A DNA stretch of 64,000 nt from a virus. The notes under the pieces were generated by a model. That model was not told the DNA's origin. It ran no database searches and saw only the letters and a list, made by a program, of their open reading frames with translations. Shown in pieces: positions 63,965-64,000 of the stretch. Made by a program: the position numbers and the translations under genes. Within the stretch, counting starts at the first letter, position 1; every line of letters starts with the position of its first letter. Location of the stretch: the IMG/VR virus record IMGVR_UViG_3300027782_004428, positions 26,000 to 89,999 of that record; one strand, written 5' to 3'.

Positions 63965-64000
63965 ATGCGGGCAAAAGAATTCATCAACGAAAACACACAA
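63965..64000 (+). CDS. Start of a late gene (truncated), MRAKEFINE...
   Basis: TAAATA 63954-63959; head-targeting-like N-terminus. Confidence 0.5.
   Translation, partial: MRAKEFINENTQ

Noticed and set aside
1-64000. Bacterial chromosome or prophage origin, suggested by many host-like genes
   Set aside because: The host-like genes are isolated among phage hypotheticals and use phage promoters. There are no ribosomal or metabolic operons and no integrase, while a baseplate block and gp44-like clamp loader are present.
1-64000. Stop-codon reassignment
   Set aside because: Known genes are full length in code 11, and TAA, TGA and TAG all end genes at the expected places.

Overview
This 64 kb window is from a large (jumbo-type) lytic tailed phage, not a cellular genome. 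It is densely coding with mostly short ORFs and uses the standard genetic code. There are about 20 near-consensus sigma70 early promoters (GGTTGACC-N17-TGCTATAAT) and many T4-late-like TAAATA boxes. It has a baseplate/tail-fibre block (44-56 kb), clamp loader, a DnaE fragment, GroES and PhoH. Host-like genes (IF-1, ErpA, DesA, Bug/TctC, DUF3563-like) point to a betaproteobacterial host (inference). Best candidate for a new system: a phage-borne phosphate-starvation lipid-remodelling module at 6.6-9.9 kb. It has PlcP-type phospholipase C, Agt-type GT4 glycolipid synthase and a desaturase, with a UDP-glucose dehydrogenase nearby. Three successive promoters there each pair a Pho-box-like repeat with a phage late TAAATA box, and one drives a small two-hairpin RNA. 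Other highlights: PhaR-type operators before a phasin-like gene and DUF3563-like genes; an ACP-desaturase-ketosynthase operon; an unannotated ArfA-like peptide; systematic leaderless mRNAs; promoter-bounded gene cassettes; a SOD with a possible capsid-targeting leader; and a ParB/DGQHR + HNH + MTase island. All family calls come from motif recognition by eye, without database searches. No tRNA, rRNA, CRISPR array, integrase or transposase was seen.
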